Source: a virus
Taxonomy: Duplodnaviria; Caudoviricetes
Strand: one strand, 5' to 3'
Length of the DNA: 55,758 nt
IMG/VR virus record: IMGVR_UViG_3300046777_000527
Span: 1 to 55,758 of that record
Shown in pieces: positions 28,682 to 36,871 of this stretch. The notes beneath the pieces were generated by a model. The model saw only the letters and a program-made list of their open reading frames with translations, was not told where the DNA came from and ran no database searches. The translations under genes and the position numbers were made by a program. Positions within the stretch are counted from its first letter, which is position 1. Each line of letters begins with the position of its first letter.

Positions 28682-29542
28682 TCACCAGTCAAACTTCTTA
28701 AGGATGTCATCGACCTTAGCCTTGACATCTTCACGTACACCTGCATGCTCTTTGATGTCCTCCATGTCCACGCCCACCAAGGCTCGCTCAAGGTCGCGCC
28801 TCGCTTCCTCTAGCTTGGGGTCGTTAGTAATGTTCAGCTTAGTCAGCAGCTGGCACAGTCGTTGTGGGTTCTCAAGCAGGGTGTCGTGGTAGCGTTTCTT
28901 TGTACCGTCGTCATCTTTCAGCTTGGTCGATAAGGCTTGCAGCTCGTCGTGCAGCCTGTCCCATGCCTCGTGTACCGCCTTGCCTACACGATCTTCAAAG
29001 TCTTGTTGATAGCTCTGCTCCATCTCAGCACGTAGGTCTGCGAGTTCTTGGTTGGCAGCATCGAGTCGGAAGTCACCAGCCTCAGGCAGCGGGGAGAACA
29101 CCAGCCGCATACCGTACTTGCTTTGTATATCCATCAGGTCTGGATAGTCGCTGGCTTTGTATAGCGCGCCTAGGTTTTGCTGCGCTGTAGAGACTAGGTT
29201 GTTGTATTCAGCGTACAACTTGTTGCACATATTATCGTAGGTAGTACGGAACTGATTCATCTGCGCTTTGTATTCAAGCACCAGCTTTACCGGCAGGATA
29301 CGTGCGCCCTTGTTCGACCACGGCAGCGTCATCTGATTGTGATACAGCCTGATATGTGCTGCGTACTTAGCGATATCTGAGACTAGGCTAGTGCCAGCCA
29401 TCAGATTCTTATACACCTTGCTAGCATCGCGGCTAGCGTTGTTGGTTGCGTTGACGTTATCTGCTACGTCACGGTCTAGTTTGCTTGCACCCCATGTGGA
29501 TACGTTGAGTTCCACTAGCACTGCGCTTGACGATATGCTCAT
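28682..29542 (-). CDS. Helical hypothetical protein accompanying the AAA+/VWA module
   Basis: 286 aa, RBS AAGGGG; close to the VWA gene. Confidence 0.75.
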   Translation of the reverse strand: MSISSSAVLVELNVSTWGASKLDRDVADNVNATNNASRDASKVYKNLMAGTSLVSDIAKYAAHIRLYHNQMTLPWSNKGARILPVKLVLEYKAQMNQFRTTYDNMCNKLYAEYNNLVSTAQQNLGALYKASDYPDLMDIQSKYGMRLVFSPLPEAGDFRLDAANQELADLRAEMEQSYQQDFEDRVGKAVHEAWDRLHDELQALSTKLKDDDGTKKRYHDTLLENPQRLCQLLTKLNITNDPKLEEARRDLERALVGVDMEDIKEHAGVREDVKAKVDDILKKFDW

Positions 29543-29559
29543 GATTACCCCTTTAAAAA

Positions 29560-29805
29560 TTATCGTTCCTCAGGCTTACCCGCCAGTCGCATTATCTCTA
29601 CCTCGTTGTCCGTTAAGAACTTGAGCGATAGGCGTGATGCATCTCTATCCTGCGGGAAGATGTGATATGTAGTACCCCCCTGCTCTTTAGCTTGCCACTT
29701 CTCACGATACAGCTCTGCTTTAGCTATCAGCTCGACTAACTGAATAGCATCCTTGCTATCTAGCACATACCCTGTGTGGCTTATCTCTACTATCATCTTG
29801 CTCAT
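29560..29805 (-). CDS. Hypothetical protein
   Basis: Start reassigned to ATG 29805 (MSKMIVEI); the longer listed ORF overlaps the VWA gene. Confidence 0.65.
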   Translation of the reverse strand: MSKMIVEISHTGYVLDSKDAIQLVELIAKAELYREKWQAKEQGGTTYHIFPQDRDASRLSLKFLTDNEVEIMRLAGKPEER

Positions 29806-29815
29806 ACCTAACCCC

Positions 29816-31027
29816 CTAGTCATTGATGTGAATAGTTTGACCCACTGGAGATGTGACAGTGTTGCCGCCACAGATGACCCACAGTACAGGCGAGTCCCAC
29901 TCACCGCCCCAGTCGCTGCCCACGTACCCGTCGGTAAGAATGATGGAGCACTCAGGCTTGATATTCTTCTCCTTAAGGTAGCGAGTAATACAGCTCGGAG
30001 AAGTACCGCCACCACCCTTAGGCTTAGTCGATTCAACCAGCGAACCCATCGATGTAGCGTCGTATTCTTCATGGCCTGCCACTTCACCGTCCCAGTACAG
30101 CAGATCAACTTTGTCAGGCGTAACTTCATCAGCTATCCCCTTAACTTCTGACAGGAATGCGGCTAACTCCTGCCCCCCGATGGAACCACTTGTATCCACG
30201 CCGATCACTAGGTGTCCGACTTTCTCGCTGATAAGTGTGGGCATGTACGTATCGCCCGACAGGAACCGTCTGTTTACTCGCCGCCATGATGAACTATCCT
30301 TCCCCTTACAGATTGATTTGACATACTCACGTAGCACCTCGCGCCAGTTGACCTTAGGTTCAAGCATCTCCTGCAGCTCACGGCTTAGCCCACCTGCGCC
30401 CTCACCCTTCAACTTCTTATGTGCCATAGCACCTTGACGTAACGCCTGATCTACTTCCTTCTCAAGCTCACGCTTCTCTGCATCAGACAAAGCATCAGCA
30501 CCACCCCAGTCATGCTCGTCGATGCCATCACCCATACCACCGTTCTTCGGGTCGAACATACCCTTACCGTCTTTCTTGTCCTGCTTAAGCAGGTCGAACA
30601 CTTGCTTAGCGTTCATGCCACGATACTTCTCATCGACTAGACCGATCTGCTTACCACCTAGCACTGGGAACTTTAGGTGTACGCCCTTAGGGTCAAGGTC
30701 TTTAAGCTGGATATTGATGACGTAGTCGCACGCCATGTTAGCTAGCTGCGCATCTTCCTTCCACAGCTTCACCCATGTAGTTAAGTGTCGATACGCTTTG
30801 TGCATAGCCTCGTGCAGTACGACAAAGGCAAGTTCCTTCTCGTTGATGATCTTCACAAACTCACGACCATAGAACTCGTCGCGTCCGTTGGTTGCTGCCG
30901 TAGGTATGGTGTCGATGATGCTGGTCTTACCGACCATAAGAATGCCTGACCACATTGCGAACTCAGGGTTGCGCATCAGTGCAATCTTCACCTTCTTCAG
31001 CTTACGTTCTTCTTTATCTATTGCCAT
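29816..31027 (-). CDS. Metallopeptidase-VWA protein (DUF2201-type)
   Basis: TAATNG, HExxH (VLHEAMHK), NMACDYVIN, MIDAS DTSGS, GGGT, LTDG; start ATG 31027 behind AAGGAG. Confidence 0.85.
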   Translation of the reverse strand: MAIDKEERKLKKVKIALMRNPEFAMWSGILMVGKTSIIDTIPTAATNGRDEFYGREFVKIINEKELAFVVLHEAMHKAYRHLTTWVKLWKEDAQLANMACDYVINIQLKDLDPKGVHLKFPVLGGKQIGLVDEKYRGMNAKQVFDLLKQDKKDGKGMFDPKNGGMGDGIDEHDWGGADALSDAEKRELEKEVDQALRQGAMAHKKLKGEGAGGLSRELQEMLEPKVNWREVLREYVKSICKGKDSSSWRRVNRRFLSGDTYMPTLISEKVGHLVIGVDTSGSIGGQELAAFLSEVKGIADEVTPDKVDLLYWDGEVAGHEEYDATSMGSLVESTKPKGGGGTSPSCITRYLKEKNIKPECSIILTDGYVGSDWGGEWDSPVLWVICGGNTVTSPVGQTIHIND

Positions 31028-31236
31028 AGGTCTAGCTCCTTTTGTGCTGGTGGGTCTAACAGTTGAATCATGCGCAGCTTTTCTTCTGCTTCCTTGCGTG
31101 TCATGGGTGGAGTTATGGATTCTTCTGTTTTTCCATCTAGCCTCCACACTCTGTACCAGATAGGTTCTCGTCGCTCGTTATGTTGATAAACGTCCTCATT
31201 ATCTTTAGCAAGCCACGCTATTATGTATTCACGCAT
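31018..31236 (-). CDS. Hypothetical protein
   Basis: RBS GAGGAGG; overlaps. Confidence 0.6.
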   Translation of the reverse strand: MREYIIAWLAKDNEDVYQHNERREPIWYRVWRLDGKTEESITPPMTRKEAEEKLRMIQLLDPPAQKELDLWQ

Positions 31237-31594
31237 CCTCCTCGTCCTCCGTTTCCTCCTTACTCACGTACCGCTGGTCTGGTTCTATGTGCAGTTTTAA
31301 GTAGCCGATCATTCGGTCAAAGCTACCTACAGTTACGCGCTTGATAGCAAACCTACGTGGGGGCTGTATACCCACGGCTCTATAGAACGCAAAACTAGCG
31401 TTGTCCACATCCCAGTGCATAACCTGATATCTGAACCTACCGTTGCGCTCCCACCCGTTGATAGATAGTCCTACCCGTAGACCGCCTACAATCAGATCGG
31501 CATACTTATCTCGCAGCTTGCACATAGCCATGTACTTCTTCATCTTGGCACTGTGCCATAACGCTCTGTATCTATTGCGTACTTTCATCCTCAC
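31229..31594 (-). CDS. Hypothetical protein
   Basis: GTGA overlap with upstream gene. Confidence 0.55.
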   Translation of the reverse strand: MRMKVRNRYRALWHSAKMKKYMAMCKLRDKYADLIVGGLRVGLSINGWERNGRFRYQVMHWDVDNASFAFYRAVGIQPPRRFAIKRVTVGSFDRMIGYLKLHIEPDQRYVSKEETEDEEDA

Positions 31595-31806
31595 TCCCCT
31601 ATCAGTAGTCTGACGTAGCGGTTTATCTCGGCTTGGTCAGTGGTTTCTAAGATGATCTCGGTCATGGGTGAATTGAAGCGATAGATAGCATAGCGATACT
31701 CGTCTTTCTTCTCGTCATGCCACCCTGCTACTGCATACCCTGCTTCTCTTAGGTTCGCAACAGTCTTGTTCACCACCACCCACTTACCATCGAACTCGAT
31801 AGCCAT
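31591..31806 (-). CDS. Hypothetical protein
   Basis: TAATG overlap with the AAA+ gene. Confidence 0.65.
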   Translation of the reverse strand: MAIEFDGKWVVVNKTVANLREAGYAVAGWHDEKKDEYRYAIYRFNSPMTEIILETTDQAEINRYVRLLIGE

Positions 31807-32873
31807 TACAGCAAGTCCTCGTTTTTAGCCACCCAGTCGCTGAATGCTTTGCATGCGAACGCAACCTTCTGCTTTGTCTGTGACTTAGCGATGTTGATAG
31901 CGAACGCTGCTTGCCACTCTGGTTCGAACCGCTCAAGGTACTGCATGAAGGGAGTGATGGTGTCTTTCTCTACCTTACTGATAGCACCGAACACCACGAT
32001 TGCAGATGCACCTGCAGACTTAGGCACAGGCGTATGTAGTGGGTCTTTGATTGTTGACTCCCACGTAGGAAGCTGGTCAGCAAAGTCAAGGTAGGCTTGG
32101 AAGTCACGCGCAGCTGGCTCACCGATTGCGCCTTTCAATGCAGACAGTACGCTGTCGTTGTCTAGCGTCTTGCGAACCTTGACGATGTGTGATGCACGTT
32201 CGAGTGAACGCGGGGATACGTAAGCCTGCATAGGCTTAGTGGGGTTGAAGATATAGGGATTCTCTTTCTGGCTTTCGTCTGTATAGCTTGCGAACAGCTG
32301 CGGGAATTGCTTACCGAACGCAAGTATCTCTGGTGCAATGTCGTTGTTCATAGCCCAGTCAGCCCATTCGTCGAACGATGGCTTCGATACCTGCACAGGA
32401 ATTATGCGGTTTAGAGTGTGCGCTTTAAGTACGTCGCCCACGCCGTCTGTGGCTAGGTTGCCAGTCAGAAACACGATAGTCTCAGGATGCACAGGGATAT
32501 CACCGAGGCGAGGATTGTGCGCCTCTAGCAACGGATGCAGCATGTTAATCACTGCAGGAAAGCCCTTACTGAACTCGTCGAGCATGACGATCATAGGCTT
32601 GTTGGTATGGAACCCGAACCTAGCGTTAGGATAGTAGCGGGTAGTCTTTGTCTCATGGTCGATGACAGGCATGGCGATGTCACCTAAGTCCATGTTGGGC
32701 ACATCAATATAGGCAAGCCCGTGGTTCGGGAACCGCTCTTTCAGAGCGGACATAATTGAAGATTTGCCGATGCCCGGCTCACCACGCAACAAGTATCGGT
32801 TCATCGGGGTAGATGCAATCAGGTTAGCTGCTTGCTTCAGAGTTACGGTAGTGCCAAAGTTTATAGCTGCCAT
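31806..32873 (-). CDS. MoxR-like AAA+ ATPase
   Basis: Walker A GEPGIGKS, Walker B MLDEF, TGN, arginine finger LNR, sensor 2 SPRS. Confidence 0.85.
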   Translation of the reverse strand: MAAINFGTTVTLKQAANLIASTPMNRYLLRGEPGIGKSSIMSALKERFPNHGLAYIDVPNMDLGDIAMPVIDHETKTTRYYPNARFGFHTNKPMIVMLDEFSKGFPAVINMLHPLLEAHNPRLGDIPVHPETIVFLTGNLATDGVGDVLKAHTLNRIIPVQVSKPSFDEWADWAMNNDIAPEILAFGKQFPQLFASYTDESQKENPYIFNPTKPMQAYVSPRSLERASHIVKVRKTLDNDSVLSALKGAIGEPAARDFQAYLDFADQLPTWESTIKDPLHTPVPKSAGASAIVVFGAISKVEKDTITPFMQYLERFEPEWQAAFAINIAKSQTKQKVAFACKAFSDWVAKNEDLL

Positions 32874-33058
32874 GTTAGCTCCTTCGTCGTTAGTAATAGT
32901 GAAGCCAAGGTGCGTCGGCTTCGTAGTTTATGCACCGCCATTCCGTGCTGCGCATTCCTTACCGGCTCGCAATGGTCAAGCACCGGCTCATCCTCGCTGT
33001 AGGTTTGCTTTCCACCTACGCTCACTGTCGCTAGTGTTTGTGGGCTACCTGCCACAAC

Positions 33059-33250
33059 TCAGGGTTTTACCACGTTGATGCGTTGCTGCTTCTCATCCCA
33101 CTCTATGCGCACGTTGCCTTTGGCTACGTCTAGGATGATTTCCCACGCCATGTTTATTGCTTTGCCTACCTGCGTGATTTTGTAAACCAGATACAAGTTC
33201 AGCCCCGCCATAGCTAGGGCACAAAGAGATACCAGTTCCATGTCGCTCAT
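33059..33250 (-). CDS. Small membrane-anchored protein
   Basis: Start ATG 33250 (MSDMELVSLCALAMAGLNLYLVY), one TM helix. Confidence 0.55.
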   Translation of the reverse strand: MSDMELVSLCALAMAGLNLYLVYKITQVGKAINMAWEIILDVAKGNVRIEWDEKQQRINVVKP

Positions 33251-33330
33251 ACCACCCCCATACTTAAAAGCACTGCCATTACACAAGCCAGCACTAGACA
33301 TGCCAGCACCACCCACGTATCAGGCTCCAT
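33247..33330 (-). CDS. 27-aa hydrophobic peptide
   Basis: MEPDTWVVLACLVLACVMAVLLSMGVV behind GAGGTGGAGG; overlaps both neighbours. Confidence 0.5.
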   Translation of the reverse strand: MEPDTWVVLACLVLACVMAVLLSMGVV

Positions 33331-33577
33331 CCTCCACCTCCTCTCTTATATCCACCTTCATGATCTCGCGTATCTCGTGCGCACGTAAAACCTGATCCAG
33401 TCTTGCCCTTATCTCCCTTACTGGTACGTGCGATACACCAAAGAAGTGTGAGTGCAGCTGGTTATGTTTCGCTGCCTCTGCCTCCCACTGCGCTACTCGC
33501 GCATCCCTGATCTCACGCTTTCTCGCGTGACTCCCTGCTGGCGCCATGTGTCCTCCATTTCCAGTCGTCGTACCCAT
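33320..33577 (-). CDS. Hypothetical protein
   Basis: Operon packing in the early region. Confidence 0.5.
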   Translation of the reverse strand: MGTTTGNGGHMAPAGSHARKREIRDARVAQWEAEAAKHNQLHSHFFGVSHVPVREIRARLDQVLRAHEIREIMKVDIREEVEDGA

Positions 33578-33749
33578 ACGCTCGTCTAGCTAACTTAACT
33601 ACACGATCAAATTCTTCCTCGCATGCATGCTTTAAGTTTATCCACCATCGTCGATCTTCGTCGTCATGCTGGTACGATGCCCCTAGCATGTAAGCATATA
33701 TCTCCTTCCTACATAACTCCATTAGTCTTTCTCTATCTTCAGGCTCCAT
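33513..33749 (-). CDS. Hypothetical protein (paralog of 33863-34072)
   Basis: RBS GGAGG; aligns with 33863-34072. Confidence 0.6.
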   Translation of the reverse strand: MEPEDRERLMELCRKEIYAYMLGASYQHDDEDRRWWINLKHACEEEFDRVVKLARRAYGYDDWKWRTHGASRESREKA

Positions 33750-33909
33750 CTAATACCTCCCGTATTCTCTGCATCATCTCTGGTGTGCGTAGCTTCTCTA
33801 GTAACTCTTGCAGTTCTCTTTCCTCTTTCTCGCGCTTCGCCTTTATCTTGGTTCCGTACGGCTCACGCTTCGTCGGCGGTAGTAGTGTTCTTTTTTCCAT
33901 AGAGTTCAT
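33739..33909 (-). CDS. Hypothetical 56-aa protein (below cutoff)
   Basis: MNSMEKRTLLPPTKREPYG...IREVLDGA behind AGGAGG. Confidence 0.5.
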   Translation of the reverse strand: MNSMEKRTLLPPTKREPYGTKIKAKREKEERELQELLEKLRTPEMMQRIREVLDGA

Positions 33910-34072
33910 TCGCCTCCTGTACTAATTGCATGTACTCTAATTTGTGCATGTCGTATAGCCGCTCCCATCTGTGGCGTTCCTCATCAGTCCATGCACCCTC
34001 TGCGCCTAGCGTGGCGGCTAGGTTCGACCTCTTAAATATCTCTCGTAACCACTCTCTATCTTCTTCACTCAT
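33863..34072 (-). CDS. Hypothetical protein (paralog of 33513-33749)
   Basis: Shared EDRE.L.E...LGA...DE.R..W..L...YG pattern. Confidence 0.6.
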   Translation of the reverse strand: MSEEDREWLREIFKRSNLAATLGAEGAWTDEERHRWERLYDMHKLEYMQLVQEANELYGKKNTTTADEA

Positions 34073-34289
34073 CCTTCACCCCACTGAGTCTCGCAGCGAA
34101 CCCATCGTAGAACGCACGCTGGTATATCTCCCAACATAGGATTGCCACGGCGGTCTGTTGCTCATCAGGCACTCGTCCGTCCATCTGGTTCATCCAGTGC
34201 GCACCATCACTCCAGTTCACATAGAACAGTCGTCTGCATTCTTTATCTAGTTCACTCGGTACTTGTGCCATGTTGTGATCTCCGCTCAT
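34065..34289 (-). CDS. Hypothetical protein
   Basis: ATG 34289 behind GGGAGGAG. Confidence 0.55.
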   Translation of the reverse strand: MSGDHNMAQVPSELDKECRRLFYVNWSDGAHWMNQMDGRVPDEQQTAVAILCWEIYQRAFYDGFAARLSGVKDE

Positions 34290-34441
34290 ATCTCCTCCCA
34301 CTCCTCTACGTCGCCCACACCCTCGGCTTTGCTCAGGTCGAACTTCTCCTGCATTAGCAGCAGTGCATCTTCCTCGTTGTCTGCTTCGACCTCGACCTCT
34401 TGGTAGTACCTAAACACCACTGTGCCTCTGTATCTAGTCAT
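34286..34441 (-). CDS. Small acidic 51-aa protein (VEVEAxxEExA motif)
   Basis: MTRYRGTVVFRYYQEVEVEADNEEDA...; ATGA overlaps at both ends. Confidence 0.6.
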   Translation of the reverse strand: MTRYRGTVVFRYYQEVEVEADNEEDALLLMQEKFDLSKAEGVGDVEEWEEI

Positions 34442-34671
34442 GTCGTCCTCTTTGGGTTTAGTTGTTTAAGAATCTCGCGGTCAGTGACTACCATGTAAGC
34501 CACCTTGTTCATGTTCACCACGCAATGCTTCACTTGCCTTGCTACCTTGTCCCCGCACTGTGGGCAGGTGATCGGCTCTTTGTCGTTTATGCAACGCTGC
34601 GCCCTTGCCGGTGCTACCTGCTCCACGTAGCACTGTGTGCATAGGTATCTAGTGTCCTCATCCATGTTCAC
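34438..34671 (-). CDS. Small Zn-finger-like protein
   Basis: CTQC...CPQCGD...NKVAY...LKQLNPKR. Confidence 0.7.
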   Translation of the reverse strand: MNMDEDTRYLCTQCYVEQVAPARAQRCINDKEPITCPQCGDKVARQVKHCVVNMNKVAYMVVTDREILKQLNPKRTT

Positions 34672-34906
34672 CTCTCAATAGCTTGTACTTAAGTTCAATG
34701 TGGTTGCGCACCTCTGCTTCTGTGTACTCGTCTGGGTCTAGGAACTCCTCGTTGCCGGTGTCATGCCACAGGATTACCCACTGCGCATCAAAATCACTAG
34801 GTTCGGCAAAATCCCCATCAACATTAACAGCTTGATAAGACGCAACGTCCTCACCATTTTCGTTCAAGTCCCACCACCCCACGTTGTCTTTAATCCACTC
34901 CATCAC
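34658..34906 (-). CDS. Hypothetical protein
   Basis: GTGA overlap; acidic, 82 aa. Confidence 0.55.
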   Translation of the reverse strand: MMEWIKDNVGWWDLNENGEDVASYQAVNVDGDFAEPSDFDAQWVILWHDTGNEEFLDPDEYTEAEVRNHIELKYKLLRGEHG

Positions 34907-35085
34907 TGCACCTGTCTGGGTTCTGCCATGATCTGCCAGTAGTCAAAGTTCTCTAGGTATGCAGCGCGTTGACGCTCAAGCCACTCGTTCTCTAGCATCT
35001 CTAACAATGCCTCGTCTGCTTCGGATAGTGCGTCGTCGAACGCAGCCTGTTGTAATTCCATTAACCCTTTCTTTACCTGTCCCAT
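34903..35085 (-). CDS. Hypothetical protein
   Basis: RBS AAGGGGA; MGQVKKGLMEL. Confidence 0.65.
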   Translation of the reverse strand: MGQVKKGLMELQQAAFDDALSEADEALLEMLENEWLERQRAAYLENFDYWQIMAEPRQVQ

Positions 35086-35099
35086 GTTTATCCCCTTTG

Positions 35100-35195
35100 T
35101 TAGAAAACCCAGATGATGAGTGCGAATCCTACGATTGCACCGATGAATGCACCGACTATTGCGGCGACGATTGCTTCCATCTCATGATCTTGCAT
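35100..35195 (-). CDS. 31-aa hydrophobic peptide
   Basis: MQDHEMEAIVAAIVGAFIGAIVGFALIIWVF behind AGGAGG. Confidence 0.6.
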   Translation of the reverse strand: MQDHEMEAIVAAIVGAFIGAIVGFALIIWVF

Positions 35196-35209
35196 TGTGA
35201 CCTCCTGAG

Positions 35210-35547
35210 TGTAAGGAAAATACCCCTGTTTGTAAGGAAAAAAGGGCTGAATCTAACGGAACTCTTACAAAAGAAAAGCGCACCTGAGAATCTTACAATG
35301 TAGCAATGGTGCGGTGTTTGAGATGTTCTTATATTATATTATTATTATTATGTAAGAATGTAAGAGGATTTTAAAAACAGAGCGACACCCCGCTGCCTAT
35401 TTTTTAGGCAGGTGCTGTAAGACCTCTCCGACGAGAATTTTCGGAATCGTTCAATTTTTCGTCTTACAATCTTACAATGCTGTAAGTCTTTGATTTTAAA
35501 GGGAAAATAGTGTAAGATTTCATCTGAGCAAGTCTTACAGTCTTACA
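35210..35547. repeat. Iteron-like TGTAAG/CTTACA array with AT-rich core: probable replication origin
   Basis: 13 copies in both orientations (TGTAAG at 35210, 35231, 35351, 35359, 35416, 35481, 35511; CTTACA at 35264, 35292, 35463, 35471, 35534, 35542), plus a (TTA)n AT tract at about 35329-35351. Confidence 0.7.
35483..35495 (-). promoter_or_regulatory. IHF-binding consensus site
   Basis: Minus strand AATCAA-AGAC-TTA matches WATCAANNNNTTR exactly, inside the iteron array. Confidence 0.6.
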
Positions 35548-35559
35548 ATGCTTGCCTTT

Positions 35560-35600
35560 TAAAACCAAAGCGGATATGCTGCTGATACAGCAGCATACCC
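35560..35600 (-). terminator. Strong hairpin / likely terminator after first early gene
   Basis: 13-bp stem GGGUAUGCUGCUG/CAGCAGCAUAUCC (one G-U) followed by GCUUUGGUUUU. Confidence 0.5.
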
Positions 35601-35613
35601 AAGCCCGCCCCAC

Positions 35614-36111
35614 TTACTCCGCTTTTGCTGGTACGAGTGCGCGCAGTGGCTCCAGTAACTCCATATGCGCGATAGTGACCGACTCTTGCTGCGCGAATTT
35701 TTCGCACTGTTTGACTAGTGCTTCAATCTTAACGGCAAGGTCATACATTGAGACTGGGTTCGGTGCTTTGATAGCTTCGTACCACGGAAGTTCTGCTAAT
35801 GATACGAACAATTCCATAGGGTCTGTTTCTACATCGTCGCGCTTACGATAGATAAAGTTCTTGACAGTCTTATCGTACTCAAGCTTGCCGAACTTTTCCA
35901 AATAAGCAACGAAGCTATTAAGGCGCAAGCCTTTATTAGCTGATAGAGTTTCATAGATACCCTGAGCTACTGTGACATCACCATGCACGTTAGCGTAGCC
36001 GATAGCTGAGACTGCGAGTTTCTGAATATCACGGTTTAGTGATTTGCCGCGACCCGATACCGATTTTGCGAGTTCGATAACTTGATCTTTGGTAAGCAGA
36101 TTTGCTGACAT
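35614..36111 (-). CDS. Early protein resembling a family found among the first genes of phiKMV/KP34-like phages
   Basis: RGKSL..DIQ..A...HGDVT...FG...PWYE pattern; ATG 36111 behind GAAGGGGG. Confidence 0.6.
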   Translation of the reverse strand: MSANLLTKDQVIELAKSVSGRGKSLNRDIQKLAVSAIGYANVHGDVTVAQGIYETLSANKGLRLNSFVAYLEKFGKLEYDKTVKNFIYRKRDDVETDPMELFVSLAELPWYEAIKAPNPVSMYDLAVKIEALVKQCEKFAQQESVTIAHMELLEPLRALVPAKAE

Positions 36112-36751
36112 GATAACCCCCTTCATTGTTTAATTGACAATAGCATAGGAACTGAGCGAACTCTGACCTATGCCATTGTCCGGCGCGCTGGCATATGACA
36201 CACCGAAAACAATGTTTAGCCTTGCATTTTTACTAACGCGGTTCTAAACCGCTAATTAGTAGCACGATACAGAACGAACAACACATTAGCGAAAAGATAA
36301 TGCGCGCCCTGTATGCACTATGCTAGGGTTTGCCTGACCGAGCGATTCTTAATTGTCGCCTGATTCCAGTCAGCATGTATCCTCAGTCACTACGCACGAA
36401 CCCCTACCTGCAAGCCCTTGCACGTTTCACTGAGGTTTGCATAACCCCATCACCCTAGTTTTCCCCCATTACAGAGGCGGTGACCTGAGCGCGGCATTTC
36501 GGTGCGCGCCCTATCCCTACACACCGATATGCACTAGGCTCGGTGTCGCCCTACGATTCCATTATGCCCGTATTGCACCGCAACATCGTTGTGGATACGT
36601 TAGCAATAATAAGCGCAGGCTCTGCGAGGCAAAGGCGTAACGTCAAAAGCGAAAGTCAAAAGCGCACAGCTTGGATCACCACGACGGCTGGTGGCATAAC
36701 GAAAAAATTCGTCGGAGCACCACATACCCCCCACCCCCCAGATATGCAGAG

Positions 36752-36871
36752 TAGGAGTCCCAACAAACACATACACACTAATTTGCACAACCAATACCAC
36801 CCCCCATAACAATTCTTACACTACATATCAAAATCACAATATTCAGAACACCCCCCAATAGGAGTCCCAAC
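36752..36871 (+). repeat. 13-bp direct repeat TAGGAGTCCCAAC (36752, 36859) amid C-tracts
   Basis: Exact repeat 107 bp apart in a strongly C/A-skewed non-coding segment upstream of the terminase genes. Confidence 0.7.

Noticed and set aside
32861-33055. 64-aa minus-strand ORF
   Set aside because: No RBS, atypical composition, and it overlaps the AAA+ start; the region is better explained as a structured leader.
10062-34644. Numerous plus-strand ORFs opposite the minus arm (and minus-strand ORFs opposite the plus arm, e.g. 44382-45137, 45121-45903)
   Set aside because: Antisense shadows of codon-biased genes; no RBS or recognisable motifs.
35210-35547. TGTAAG repeats as a mini-CRISPR array
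   Set aside because: Repeats are 6-10 bp, irregularly spaced and in both orientations.
36720-36860. G-quadruplex on the minus strand
   Set aside because: G-runs exist but are mostly far apart; nothing beyond composition supports function.
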